From a virus (lineage: Duplodnaviria > Caudoviricetes), in the IMG/VR virus record IMGVR_UViG_3300005611_000002, positions 130,646 through 194,645 of that record: DNA of 64,000 nt; one strand, written 5' to 3'. Under the pieces are notes generated by a model. The model searched no databases and was not told where the DNA came from. It saw only the letters and a program-made list of their open reading frames with translations. The position numbers and the translations under genes are program-made. Numbering within the stretch: position 1 is the stretch's first letter; each line of letters begins with the position of its first letter. This document shows, piece by piece, positions 21,121 through 30,785 of the stretch.

Positions 21121-21894
21121 ATGCCTTTCAATATCAACGAGTTCAAATCCAGACTTGATCGTTATGGTGGTCCTGCAAAGACTTCACTCTTTACTGTCGA
21201 GTTGACCGGACCAAATATTCAAGATAATGAATTGCTATTCTTTTGTAAAAACGTGACACTTCCGGGTATTGATGTCGAAACTATTTCGTATCGTCAAAAT
21301 GGTATTGATCTTCCACAGTCAATGCCAACTGCAATCAATCGAGAACCACTCAGCTGTATCTTCATGCTCGATTCCGAACATCGAGTACTCAGTTTCTTTC
21401 ACACTTGGATGCAACGCGTAGTTAATTATAGCACTCAAGGCGGTAACTTTGCTTCCGTCGATGATCAACTGCCATATGAACTTGGTTATAAAGATGAGTA
21501 TTCTTGCAGAATGGTTATTAAATACTATAGTAACGATGCTGCATCAACCGAAACCAAGTTTTATGAAGTCGTGTTAGATGGTGTATTTCCGATCACAGTT
21601 CAAAGTATAGATCTTGCTTGGGAAAATAATGACAGTTTTGCTACACTTCCTGTTGCGTTTACTTACAGTAGAATTCAGTATTCGTCAGAAATAAGAGGAA
21701 TACCTTCGGAACGAAATACTCGCGGTAATGGGCTTCTCGATCTTATATCTAACATTGGTCAGGTAGGCCAGCTCGTCAACCAACAGCTAGTTCCACAAGG
21801 TATTCAGGATGCCATAAATACATATACACGCGTTACAAATTCCTTTAATAACTTCACAAATAGAATTAGAAGCCTATCAAACATTTTTAGATAA
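21121..21894 (+). CDS. gp54: Baseplate tail-tube initiator (gp54/gp19 fold)
   Basis: LPG, FF..WM...V, FP.....IDLAW...D motifs; position between gp2 and gp26. Confidence 0.65.
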   Translation: MPFNINEFKSRLDRYGGPAKTSLFTVELTGPNIQDNELLFFCKNVTLPGIDVETISYRQNGIDLPQSMPTAINREPLSCIFMLDSEHRVLSFFHTWMQRVVNYSTQGGNFASVDDQLPYELGYKDEYSCRMVIKYYSNDAASTETKFYEVVLDGVFPITVQSIDLAWENNDSFATLPVAFTYSRIQYSSEIRGIPSERNTRGNGLLDLISNIGQVGQLVNQQLVPQGIQDAINTYTRVTNSFNNFTNRIRSLSNIFR

Positions 21895-21909
21895 TGGAGA
21901 AGATATAGA

Positions 21910-22617
21910 ATGTCGAAAAAACTGCCAAAAATTGATCTGCCGCTATTTGAGCTTGAATTGCCGTCGTCTGGTAAAAAGATCAAGTATCGTCCTTTTACAG
22001 TAAAAGAAGAGAAGATCTTGCTTGTAGCACAGGAATCTGATGAACCAGAACAGACTGTGCTATCCGTCAAGCAAATCGTGAACAACTGTCTTGTAGATAT
22101 TGATGTTGAAAAACTTGCAATGTTTGATCTTGAATATGTATTGTTGATGCTTCGTTCAAAATCGGTTGATAACAATATCAAGTTTGCAATCAAGGATCCT
22201 GACACAGAAGAAACAGTTGAACTTGAAATTGATTTGAATGAAGTCAAAGTCACTCGAGATGATGAGCATTCAAATCGAGTAAAAATCAATGATGACTATA
22301 CACTGTTTCTTCGATATCCAACAATTGAAGAGTTTATCAAAATCGCAAGTGCTGACCAGAATGATCCTCTTGTAAATTACTTCATTATGATTTCTTGTCT
22401 TGATAAGATTGCTTCCGACGACGATGTATATAAATTCGAGGATTATACTGACGAAGAAATTGATGACTTTATGGAAAATCTACAAGGCGATGTCCTGAAA
22501 AAGATCCAAACATTCTTTGAGACGATGCCAAAGTTGAGACACGAAATGAAGTACACGAATCAAGACGGTAAGGAACAGACGTTTGTAATTGAAGGAATGC
22601 GAAGTTTTTTTATCTGA
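21910..22617 (+). CDS. gp26: Baseplate hub assembly protein gp26
   Basis: LPSSGK.IKYRPFTVKEEKILL, FDLEY....LRSKSV, FFETMPKL motifs. Confidence 0.9.
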   Translation: MSKKLPKIDLPLFELELPSSGKKIKYRPFTVKEEKILLVAQESDEPEQTVLSVKQIVNNCLVDIDVEKLAMFDLEYVLLMLRSKSVDNNIKFAIKDPDTEETVELEIDLNEVKVTRDDEHSNRVKINDDYTLFLRYPTIEEFIKIASADQNDPLVNYFIMISCLDKIASDDDVYKFEDYTDEEIDDFMENLQGDVLKKIQTFFETMPKLRHEMKYTNQDGKEQTFVIEGMRSFFI

Positions 22618-22787
22618 TGCTGTGTCACATCAGTCTGAGTGAATACTATAGAATGGTTTTCGCGTTGGCACAGCATCACAAGTACTCGATAAGTGATATT
22701 GAAAACTTAGTACCATACGAACGAGATCTTTATTTTGCAATGCTAGTCAATTACATAGAAGAACAAAAAGAGAAGAGCGGAAGATAA
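22617..22787 (+). CDS. gp51: Baseplate hub assembly catalyst gp51 (56 aa)
   Basis: Read by hand: YYRMVFALAQHHKYSISDIENLVPYERDLY; TGATG overlap with gp26. Confidence 0.85.
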   Translation: MLCHISLSEYYRMVFALAQHHKYSISDIENLVPYERDLYFAMLVNYIEEQKEKSGR

Positions 22788-24584
22788 ATGGCTGAAGAAA
22801 TTGTAGATCGCCTCAAAGCCGAAGGGCAACTGATTCGTAATACTGGTACGAACTCGATTCGAGCTGTTCGCATACAATTGGATAGGTTCGAAGAAATCTT
22901 TGAAACTATCTCTGAAAACATTTCCGCTCAGACACAGATGATGGCGAGTATGCTTGACGTTTCCGCGGATCAACTCAAGATAAGTGAAGAAACTGCTGAG
23001 AGAGAAGAAGCTCGTAGGCAAAGAGAAGAATTAGCTGAAGATCAGACAACGACACCTTCACCAGATACTACAAGAGATGATTTACCGGATAAGAAAACTC
23101 GCGAAAGTAGAGGTTTATTTGATTTATTGAGAGGCGGCACCGGATTTCTAAATAAACTTTTAATGGGTGCTCTGTTTGCTGGTGGCGTTTATGCTTTAGG
23201 TAATGTATTTAAGGGTTTTATTGATGCGAAAATAGGTGAAAGTGAATTTACTAAAGGCCTAGCCTCTGCAATCAATTGGACTGCAATAGGTTCTATTTTT
23301 GGATTAAAGTTTGGACTTTTACTTGGAGCAGGCAATATATTATCTAATATATTTGATTTGCCTGAAGTAACAAAAAAGATTGGAGACGCATTTGGTAAAG
23401 AATTTACTGATAATCAAGCAGAAGGAATTGGAACTGCACTTGGTGCTGCGTTAACAGCTGCTTGGTTAAAAAAAGGCGGTCTTAGATTCAAAATTATTGG
23501 AGCTCTTATAGTTGCTACAGAACTTCTAGGAAACAATATGAAAGATTGGTTAATAGACCAGGCTGGAGTAAATCCTGATTGGGCTAACACTACAGTCGAT
23601 GTTGCTACTCTTGGAATACAGGGAGCTCTTGCTGGTCTTGGCATCGCCGGGGTGGTTGGAATGGCTGCTATTCCAGCACTCATAGCTGGTGGTGTTGCTG
23701 GTTTGGCAGTTGGAATTGGTATAGCGGCAAAAAAATGGCTGGATAAAAAAGCTAAAACAGAATTAGAAGGGTTCAATGCAGCTTTAGATAAAGCTTTTGA
23801 AAGCGGAAATCCACAAGATGTTTTAGATGCAATGATTGCTAAAAACCGCGCGGCGGCGGCAGCGGAAAGAGCTTCAGTTCAAGCACAGGATAATTATGAA
23901 AGAGAAATACAAACGAGAAAAGCAGAGCTTCAATCCGCAATGGAAAGGGCCGCAGCTCAGGAAATTGAAGGAGAAGGGCTTGTAACTAGAAAACTTGGTC
24001 AAATTCAAGCCGCGGAGGATTTTAAAAGTGGAGCATCAAAGTATAATTCACTTATTACTGCTTTAGGCGCTATAGCAAGATCTGATATAACACAAGATAT
24101 TGCTAAAGACCTTGGAAAGGAAGGTTTAAGTTCGTTTTTAGAACAGACTTTAGATGAAATAATTAGAAATAATCCAGATTTAAGAACTGATAATGAAACG
24201 CGTGAAAAAGTTATAAGCAAAGTTCTGTCTGATTATAGTTTCAGAAGAGGTACTAAAGGTTTCCAAGACTTTGGCGACGCATCATTCGCAATACTCCATG
24301 GCCGTGAAGCAGTTGTACCGGAAGAAACTCCTGCCGGTAGATTTCTCAATCAATACTTTACAAACGAATGGATGCCAAAAATGGCGCCGTCTTCTGATCT
24401 CGCAGATCGAGTATCTACTGCAGCTGGAGGTATAATCAATATGCCGGTCATAGTCAACAATTCGCCGACAGTAGCACCAGTAGTGAATAACGTACAAGGC
24501 GGGCCAAATGTTACCAGTACAAATGTATTCGGTTCTGGTGGAAGCCGTTCTGGAACATTCGGTTTATCTAACGCTATAAACTAA
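22788..24584 (+). CDS. Tail length regulator / tape-measure-like hub protein (gp29 position)
   Basis: Helical Ala/Gly-rich protein with hydrophobic segments following gp26-gp51. Confidence 0.55.
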   Translation: MAEEIVDRLKAEGQLIRNTGTNSIRAVRIQLDRFEEIFETISENISAQTQMMASMLDVSADQLKISEETAEREEARRQREELAEDQTTTPSPDTTRDDLPDKKTRESRGLFDLLRGGTGFLNKLLMGALFAGGVYALGNVFKGFIDAKIGESEFTKGLASAINWTAIGSIFGLKFGLLLGAGNILSNIFDLPEVTKKIGDAFGKEFTDNQAEGIGTALGAALTAAWLKKGGLRFKIIGALIVATELLGNNMKDWLIDQAGVNPDWANTTVDVATLGIQGALAGLGIAGVVGMAAIPALIAGGVAGLAVGIGIAAKKWLDKKAKTELEGFNAALDKAFESGNPQDVLDAMIAKNRAAAAAERASVQAQDNYEREIQTRKAELQSAMERAAAQEIEGEGLVTRKLGQIQAAEDFKSGASKYNSLITALGAIARSDITQDIAKDLGKEGLSSFLEQTLDEIIRNNPDLRTDNETREKVISKVLSDYSFRRGTKGFQDFGDASFAILHGREAVVPEETPAGRFLNQYFTNEWMPKMAPSSDLADRVSTAAGGIINMPVIVNNSPTVAPVVNNVQGGPNVTSTNVFGSGGSRSGTFGLSNAIN

Positions 24585-24618
24585 AAGAGTCAACCAGCTG
24601 ACCACCAGTTGACTCTTG
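24585..24618. terminator. Hairpin between convergent genes, probable terminator
   Basis: AAGAGTCAAC...GTTGACTCTT inverted repeat right after the stop at 24584. Confidence 0.5.
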
Positions 24619-24666
24619 ATGTTTGATATAGGATACTACCAAAAGTAGGTTAGTGTTGACTACCGA

Positions 24667-25122
24667 TCAACTGGTTGACTCTGTGAGCAACTCAGCATCC
24701 AACTGCCGTCCAATCGGTATCTTTTTCGGTTTCTTCTCTTCTGGGATGACATTCTGAAGTCGCACCGTCAGCATGCCCTGATGAAGTGACACACCTTCGA
24801 CTTGAATGGTATCCGCGAGAGTAAACTTGCGAACAAAACTTCTTGCTGCGATGCCGCGATGCAGATAGTCAGGAACTTCATCAGCTTCTTTTACTTCTGC
24901 TTGAATAGTCAGAACTCCATCGTGAAGTTCGATGTCAAAGTCTTCTTCATCAAAACCAGCGACAGCGAGCTCAATCAAATACGAGTCGTCTCCAGTTTTG
25001 ATGAGATTGTATGGAGGATAATTTGTTGCAGTTCCAGTATTTTGCAACTTATTGATCAGACTATCAAATCCAATGAAAAATGGATCGTTGAGAAGGTCTG
25101 TATTAAATCTACGTGTATTCAT
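24667..25122 (-). CDS. hsp20: Small heat shock protein Hsp20 (IbpA-like)
   Basis: NYPPYNL, IELAVAGF, YLHRGIAARSF, GML.V.L...IPEEKKP motifs. Confidence 0.95.
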   Translation of the reverse strand: MNTRRFNTDLLNDPFFIGFDSLINKLQNTGTATNYPPYNLIKTGDDSYLIELAVAGFDEEDFDIELHDGVLTIQAEVKEADEVPDYLHRGIAARSFVRKFTLADTIQVEGVSLHQGMLTVRLQNVIPEEKKPKKIPIGRQLDAELLTESTS

Positions 25123-25202
25123 GTCTTGTCTCCTTGTTTAAGCGAGTTTATATTATGCCGTCATTTGACCGGCGAGTAATTGAGAACCCTATCGGCGTTC
25201 TC
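25123..25202 (-). promoter_or_regulatory. ROSE-like RNA thermometer 5' UTR of hsp20
   Basis: Three hairpins; the last is CTCGCTT-aaac-AAGGAG, i.e. a U(U/C)GCU motif pairing with the SD; late promoter at 25207-25214. Confidence 0.6.
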
Positions 25203-25234
25203 GTAGTATTTATATAATCATCTTTGAGAAAATG

Positions 25235-25471
25235 TCAACCCCCTACGTAATTTTTTGGGCGATACCACACCTTTTGATTGTGTATTTTACCAAGAAGGTC
25301 ATGTATTTTTCGCATTTTGTTCTCGGTTCTTTGTATCGAAAGTTCATCTCTCATGATACTTTCGGAATACATCAATTTGTGATCAGCGAGTTTTTTCAAT
25401 TCGCTTCTCAAGGCGTTTTTGATGAGTTCAATATCATTAATGTCAAGCCTGAAAGTTTTGTTCGGACTCAT
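25235..25471 (-). CDS. Hypothetical protein
   Basis: 78-aa ORF with GAGG RBS, co-oriented with neighbours. Confidence 0.65.
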   Translation of the reverse strand: MSPNKTFRLDINDIELIKNALRSELKKLADHKLMYSESIMRDELSIQRTENKMRKIHDLLGKIHNQKVWYRPKNYVGG

Positions 25472-25538
25472 AGCACCTCACATGCAAAGATCTTCATAAT
25501 GAATCGTGTAAGCTCGATGCTCACTACGATCTACGGTT

Positions 25539-26144
25539 TTATTGCTCATTAAGTTCATCAGCCATTTCATGATTTCTATCCCTATGTCCAGCTTCATCTT
25601 CTCTTACTACAATTACTACATCACGTAGTGTTGCGTCTTTCGGTAATTTCCAATAATCAATCGCAATCTGCGGAGCAGGAACGTTCTCGATCTTGCCACT
25701 GTCAATTTCAGAAAGAAACTCGGTGTATGAACGGACAGCCTCTTCTTCGAAGTAACCAATGATACGATGTGCAGTCTTTGGAAAGAAAAAGTATATGATT
25801 GCGTAAAATGCTACAAAAAATGCTTGGGCTATCAATATGATAAGACGCTCAAGTAAATTTGGTTTTGCTAATTCGACAAACGTCATGAGGTGCATGCGTT
25901 CGTTATCTGCTTCATCGAGTAGTTCTTTGATCCAACCGCGGTCATCTTCCATACGGCGAAGAGACTTCAGATGTAATCCAGCTCCTGCAACCATTCCTGG
26001 AACTGCAGCTACAGTTTCTAGAACCACAGCACGATGTCCATATCTTTTTTTGAAAAATGTATCTGCAACAAAGCGAAGGGCCTTTGTGAAGCCCAACGCG
26101 ATCCTGTCAGAAACATCCTTTGGAACGTGATGTTTCTCTGTCAT
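25539..26144 (-). CDS. aox: Alternative oxidase (di-iron ubiquinol oxidase)
   Basis: [34 protein letters not shown] iron-binding motifs. Confidence 0.95.
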   Translation of the reverse strand: MTEKHHVPKDVSDRIALGFTKALRFVADTFFKKRYGHRAVVLETVAAVPGMVAGAGLHLKSLRRMEDDRGWIKELLDEADNERMHLMTFVELAKPNLLERLIILIAQAFFVAFYAIIYFFFPKTAHRIIGYFEEEAVRSYTEFLSEIDSGKIENVPAPQIAIDYWKLPKDATLRDVVIVVREDEAGHRDRNHEMADELNEQ

Positions 26145-26147
26145 GTA

Positions 26148-26369
26148 TCAATCCTTTTTGGAAACGAATGAATACATTTCTTTCGCTTTTGCCATTAACT
26201 CATCCATAGAATACATCTTATAAGCTTCTTGGACCTCTTCGTATGTTTTTTTACCTTGCTCGTACATATCATTCATAAGCTGCACATTTAAATTGTGTTG
26301 CGCATCCATGTAATCTTTAGCAAGCTTAAGCATATCTGCTCTAATTTCAAAAGGGTTCTTGTTAGTCAT
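26148..26369 (-). CDS. Conserved phage hypothetical protein
   Basis: MTNKNPFEIR...LAKDY...KAKEMYSFV; AGGAG RBS supports the start at 26369 rather than the track start. Confidence 0.7.
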   Translation of the reverse strand: MTNKNPFEIRADMLKLAKDYMDAQHNLNVQLMNDMYEQGKKTYEEVQEAYKMYSMDELMAKAKEMYSFVSKKD

Positions 26370-26427
26370 TGTAGTTCTCCTGTGTTGTGTGTAAAGTATT
26401 GGAGTAACGCATACCATTGCGAAACTC

Positions 26428-26946
26428 CTATTCGCCAGTACTTCCGAAACCGCCTTCGCGGTCCGTTTTCTGAGTGGGCGCCTCAGAAATCTCTTCAAAG
26501 ATGTAGTAGTTTGTTCTTTCTAACATTGCTTGAGCGATACGATCACCTTGAGTAATTGTGATAGGCCCATCTGATGTGTTATAAAGTAATACGTGTGTTT
26601 CGTGAATGAAGTCACTGTCAACTACACCGACACCATTTGCTAGCATCAGACCTTTCTTCAAAGCAGTTCCTGACCGCGCATAAACCTTGAGTACGTGATC
26701 TGGTTCAATATCAAAGATCAGACCTGTTGGCATCATGACTCGATAACCAGGATGCACCTGAATACCGAGTTTCCCGCCGTAGTTCTTGACTGGAACCTCG
26801 ACTTCTTTATTCCAAGGATTATATGTTTTGACCTTTGTATTTGGAGTGAAGCAAGCTTTCAAGTCAAAGCAAGCCGATCCTTGAGTTGCAAATTGTGGAA
26901 TTTCAGCATAATCATTTGTCTTATAGACTTTCAAAGATGGTGTCAT
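26428..26946 (-). CDS. dut: Trimeric dUTPase
   Basis: SACFDL, RSG, GVVDSDF, GDRIAQ, REGGFGSTG motifs. Confidence 0.95.
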   Translation of the reverse strand: MTPSLKVYKTNDYAEIPQFATQGSACFDLKACFTPNTKVKTYNPWNKEVEVPVKNYGGKLGIQVHPGYRVMMPTGLIFDIEPDHVLKVYARSGTALKKGLMLANGVGVVDSDFIHETHVLLYNTSDGPITITQGDRIAQAMLERTNYYIFEEISEAPTQKTDREGGFGSTGE

Positions 26947-27362
26947 TATTTACGTGTTCCTATGTTGTATTTAGCACAGAGTTCCCAGGTACCTTTTTCT
27001 TTGTGAGAAAGTACCTTGATTTGATTGAGAGGAGCAATTGGATCTTGAACCTTCGAAGATTGAATGACTTCAATTAGACCCCACTCTTCAAGTAGATTTA
27101 CAATTGTATTTCGTCTTGCTTTATCTTCATACGCAAACGTATTTTCTTTACCGTCAAGTATGAATAACTCTTTGAAATGAAGAATTGCATACCGACCTTG
27201 CTTGTGTAAGATATGACAAGATTGATAGAGTTTTCGGTCTTTTCGAGAAGCAATTCCAATGCGTGTAAGTGTCTCTTTGACCTTTAGAAAATTGTCAGGT
27301 TCGGGTAGTCGGATCTCTACTCCGACTCCTCTGAAAATATCTGTTCCCATAACGCGTTTCAC
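26946..27362 (-). CDS. regA: Translational repressor RegA
   Basis: FLKVKETLTRIGIAS...LYQSCHILHKQGRY.I.HFKELF. Confidence 0.96.
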   Translation of the reverse strand: MKRVMGTDIFRGVGVEIRLPEPDNFLKVKETLTRIGIASRKDRKLYQSCHILHKQGRYAILHFKELFILDGKENTFAYEDKARRNTIVNLLEEWGLIEVIQSSKVQDPIAPLNQIKVLSHKEKGTWELCAKYNIGTRK

Positions 27363-27425
27363 CTTTATTTTTATTGTTATTCATGGTGTTTTCTTCATAG
27401 AGATTACACGTTGATATTTATAAAA

Positions 27426-27830
27426 TCACTTATTGACACCGCCAGTTTCCATTTTGGCATGGACCTTCTTCAGATCTTCTTTTGATAGAGCTTTGAGAAA
27501 AAGCTTGGCAACAGTACGATTGCAAGAATATACATGTTGAATGGTATCAAGGTCCTTGTCTTTATCGGCTTTGTGCCATTTTGAGAACCGTTTGCGTGGA
27601 CGAAGAACAGATCGGTAATAATCAAACTGTGCACGTGGAAACAAGTGAGCTCTTTGATTCATCTCGTTCGCGTGCAATATTGTGTCGTCAAAGAAAGAAA
27701 AACCACGATTTACGATGTAGGCGTTGTATTCTTTTTCAGTCATTTCTGGGTGTTCTGATTCTCCAATCAGATCTTTCTTGCTGTGAGATACAGCATTCAT
27801 GAAGTCAAATGGTGTATGTTCTTTTGTCAA
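27426..27830 (-). CDS. gp62: Clamp loader small subunit gp62
   Basis: Y....VNRG.S...DT...ANEMN, KRFSKW.K motifs; between gp44 and regA. Confidence 0.9.
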   Translation of the reverse strand: MTKEHTPFDFMNAVSHSKKDLIGESEHPEMTEKEYNAYIVNRGFSFFDDTILHANEMNQRAHLFPRAQFDYYRSVLRPRKRFSKWHKADKDKDLDTIQHVYSCNRTVAKLFLKALSKEDLKKVHAKMETGGVNK

Positions 27831-27999
27831 TATCTTTCTCCACGTATTCAGCTAATTCATCAAATTCTTGAGCGCATGGAGGGCACGCGTAAGTTTTATG
27901 CATGCCCTCGGCAGTATTCATGTTGATCGTGAATGCTTTTTTCTTTCTGGTCTTTCTTTGACAGAATACGCATTTCACTTTTTGATCACGAAAGAACAT
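27805..27999 (-). CDS. Small CxxC...CxxC zinc-binding hypothetical protein
   Basis: CVFC and CPPC pairs; fills the gap between gp44 and gp62. Confidence 0.55.
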   Translation of the reverse strand: MFFRDQKVKCVFCQRKTRKKKAFTINMNTAEGMHKTYACPPCAQEFDELAEYVEKDIDKRTYTI

Positions 28000-28000
28000 A

Positions 28001-28957
28001 TTACTTGAACGAACACTCGATGAGGATTTCGGTCAAGAATGCGACCAAATTGATTTCAGCATCAGCCACAAAGTTTGCCTTGTACATATAGTCCGCCAAC
28101 GTTACACAGAACCCAGGCATACTTTTGTGTTCAATCTTGTCAGTTGCAGCATCATAGATACGGCGGAACATTTCATTCATGTCTTGATCACTATTCGCAG
28201 CGACCCACTTGCGCATCTCGGTAAAGTTCTTGTTCTTGAGAAGTACAAAAAGTTCGTCGATACTTTCCTGTTTTAGATTGACGAAGATACCCTCGTCGAT
28301 ACTACCAGAAGCAGCATAAGACTGCAACTCAGTCAGTACTCGACGAAAATCTGGAAAGTGGCGTTCAATGACTTTTGCAACAACTTTTTGATCGTAGTCA
28401 ACATTTTCATTGTTGAGAATTGCAATCACACGCTTGAAGAATTGAGCTGCGAGTTTTGGCTTGTCCCCGTTTTCGATGCTGAAGTCAACTTCGGAAAGTC
28501 GAGAACGAAGCGGTTCAATCATTCGATTCTTGAAGTTACAGGTAAAGATGAAACCGCAGTTTTTCGAGTATTCTTCGATAAAGTTACGAAGAGCAGGTTG
28601 AACATTCGCTGCATTCAGATAATCGGCTTCGTCGAAGATTACATATTTACGTCCACCAGAAAATGAAACAGCAGATGCGAAACTTGAGATTTCATATCGG
28701 AGTGTATCAATACCGACATTCAATGAACCGTTCTTTACGATGTAATCACAGCCAAGTTCTTCTAGCATGGCCTTGGCGATGGTAGTTTTACCAACACCAG
28801 GACCCCCTGCTAGCAATAAGTTTGGAACACTTCCATCTGCTACAAACTTCTTGAATGTATTTTTGGTGCGTTGAGGTAGAATAGTATCTTCAATAACACG
28901 AGGACGATACTTCTCTACCCACAACACTTCATCAGTTTTATAATCAATAGTCATCAC
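28001..28957 (-). CDS. gp44: Clamp loader AAA+ subunit gp44
   Basis: LWVEKYRP, GPGVGKTT, DEAD, LRSR motifs. Confidence 0.96.
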   Translation of the reverse strand: MMTIDYKTDEVLWVEKYRPRVIEDTILPQRTKNTFKKFVADGSVPNLLLAGGPGVGKTTIAKAMLEELGCDYIVKNGSLNVGIDTLRYEISSFASAVSFSGGRKYVIFDEADYLNAANVQPALRNFIEEYSKNCGFIFTCNFKNRMIEPLRSRLSEVDFSIENGDKPKLAAQFFKRVIAILNNENVDYDQKVVAKVIERHFPDFRRVLTELQSYAASGSIDEGIFVNLKQESIDELFVLLKNKNFTEMRKWVAANSDQDMNEMFRRIYDAATDKIEHKSMPGFCVTLADYMYKANFVADAEINLVAFLTEILIECSFK

Positions 28958-28981
28958 GACTCCATAATATAGTAAATAAGA

Positions 28982-29194
28982 TTATTCAGCAGGTGTTTCT
29001 TCAGTGGTTTCTGTTTCTTCCTCTTTTGGCATATTTGCTTTTACGAAGGTTTCAATCTTGTCTCGAATAGTGCCAACTGTTGCAAGCTCACTACCTTCAA
29101 AAGAACCTCTTTTAGTACACGTATCAATAATGTTGACCATAAGTGCGAGATCATTAAGTGAGATACCTTCTTGTTGTTCAGCTTCTTGAGTCAC
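28982..29194 (-). CDS. Conserved hypothetical protein
   Basis: IID....RG.F.G.EL..VG..R motif; GTG start after GGAG RBS. Confidence 0.65.
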   Translation of the reverse strand: MTQEAEQQEGISLNDLALMVNIIDTCTKRGSFEGSELATVGTIRDKIETFVKANMPKEEETETTEETPAE

Positions 29195-29195
29195 A

Positions 29196-29861
29196 TTAGT
29201 CTCCTTTTTTGAAGGTAGATTTTGTATCGATGCCGACAAAATATGTTACATCGTCACCTTTGAACTCAGAAATACCCTTGGCGCAAAGAGTTACGTGATA
29301 GTCTCCAGGCAGAAGTTTGAGATTGTCAGTCTTGACAATGATGGTAAATTCATCCGCTGTTTCACCGATTTCTACACCAAAAGTATCCGCGGTTGGATTG
29401 GCACTATCGACTGCTCGAAGATAGCATTTGCCTTCTTCACCAACAAAAGCAACTTCACCGAACTGAAGAACACCAGCAGCTTTGAGTACAGACTGCATGT
29501 CTTCCCAAGATACTGTGATCTCAACATCTTTTGATGGGATCTTGATTTCTTTATTTGGCGGCGTATGAATCATCGACACATCAGCAAAGACGTATTTAGT
29601 CTTGCGACGGTCTTCTGAGATGGTAAAATACTTATCATGAAACTCGACATCAGGATTGTCATAAAGACCAACAATCGACAGGAAACGCGATAGGTCGTAG
29701 ATGCAAGCTTCAGATGGAATTTCGTCTGGAATAGTTGCAATTGCGACCAGTGTTTTTTCAGGTGTGATCGTTCTAAGAACATTACCTTCGGACATCAGAA
29801 TTGATTTGTTGATAGTCGAAAAGCTTTTCAAAATAGTAAGGGTGCGTTCAGAAAATTTCAT
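29196..29861 (-). CDS. gp45: Sliding clamp gp45
   Basis: T..ILK.F..IN.SI, IYDL..FL, NLKLLPGDY.V motifs. Confidence 0.93.
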   Translation of the reverse strand: MKFSERTLTILKSFSTINKSILMSEGNVLRTITPEKTLVAIATIPDEIPSEACIYDLSRFLSIVGLYDNPDVEFHDKYFTISEDRRKTKYVFADVSMIHTPPNKEIKIPSKDVEITVSWEDMQSVLKAAGVLQFGEVAFVGEEGKCYLRAVDSANPTADTFGVEIGETADEFTIIVKTDNLKLLPGDYHVTLCAKGISEFKGDDVTYFVGIDTKSTFKKGD

Positions 29862-29882
29862 TATATACTCCTTTGTGGGTGG

Positions 29883-30782
29883 TTATCGGTTTATTTTATT
29901 CCGTTTACGGCGATTTGTCAACGACTTTTTGCCGTCGTAAGACTTTTTATTTGAGGATGCATCTGCCGTTGGAGAAGCTCCAAGAGATGCAATGGCTCCC
30001 ATATGCCCCTTGAAAATGTATGATCCAACGTGTTGAAGTTCCATCCAAGGGCACATCCAAACTTTCATTCCAACTTTACGAGCATTATAGCAGAAGAAGT
30101 AATCTTCGGAAAGATAGCGCTTGGACTCTGGGTCAATTTGACAATCGAAATAAGCCATGATGTCACGAGATCCGTCGAAGTTTTGAGTTCGAACGTGGTC
30201 TGGTTTGTACTTGAACTCAGGATATTCTTTTTCATATTTTTCGAATGTAGCCCGAGGAATTAACATAAAACCAGTACCAGCTTCTGAAACTTCGACTGGT
30301 TCATCAATACGAAATGACTTGATGTTGCGAACTGGATTGAATACAAAATCTGCTGAGTAATAATCAAGGTAGAATGGATTTTCGTCGGCTTTACCCAATT
30401 CTACAGCTTTCTTGATCTTTTCCCAAGCAATAGTCTTTTTCGGGTATGGCGCAGTAACTACATCGTAGTTTTCAGGATCTGATATTTGAATACCAAGCAA
30501 AGAAAGAACGTCCTTAGCTCGAAAACCAATATCAGAGTCAATGAACATGAGGTGTGTACAATCAGACCGAAGGAACTCATCAACGACGTAATTCCTAGCT
30601 CTTTGTACTAGGCTTTCATTGAACAGATAATAGAACTTTATTTGAATACCATAATTTGTACACATGATAGAGAGATCTGTTGTTGCTTTTGCAAATAGAC
30701 CTGAGCATTGACCACCATACATCGGAACACCCACGAATAGTGAGTATTTTCTTAGATCTTCAGTACTTATTTCTAGTTTCAT
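29883..30782 (-). CDS. GT-A-fold glycosyltransferase-like protein
   Basis: PMYGG, ESLVQRARN, THLMFIDSDI (DxD), GTGFMLI, LSEDY.FC motifs. Confidence 0.65.
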   Translation of the reverse strand: MKLEISTEDLRKYSLFVGVPMYGGQCSGLFAKATTDLSIMCTNYGIQIKFYYLFNESLVQRARNYVVDEFLRSDCTHLMFIDSDIGFRAKDVLSLLGIQISDPENYDVVTAPYPKKTIAWEKIKKAVELGKADENPFYLDYYSADFVFNPVRNIKSFRIDEPVEVSEAGTGFMLIPRATFEKYEKEYPEFKYKPDHVRTQNFDGSRDIMAYFDCQIDPESKRYLSEDYFFCYNARKVGMKVWMCPWMELQHVGSYIFKGHMGAIASLGASPTADASSNKKSYDGKKSLTNRRKRNKINR

Positions 30783-30785
30783 AAT

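Noticed and set aside
24586-24682. 16-nt near-perfect inverted repeat between the terminator arm and the hsp20 stop region
   Set aside because: Could be an alternative structure, but it is a single short match with no supporting context
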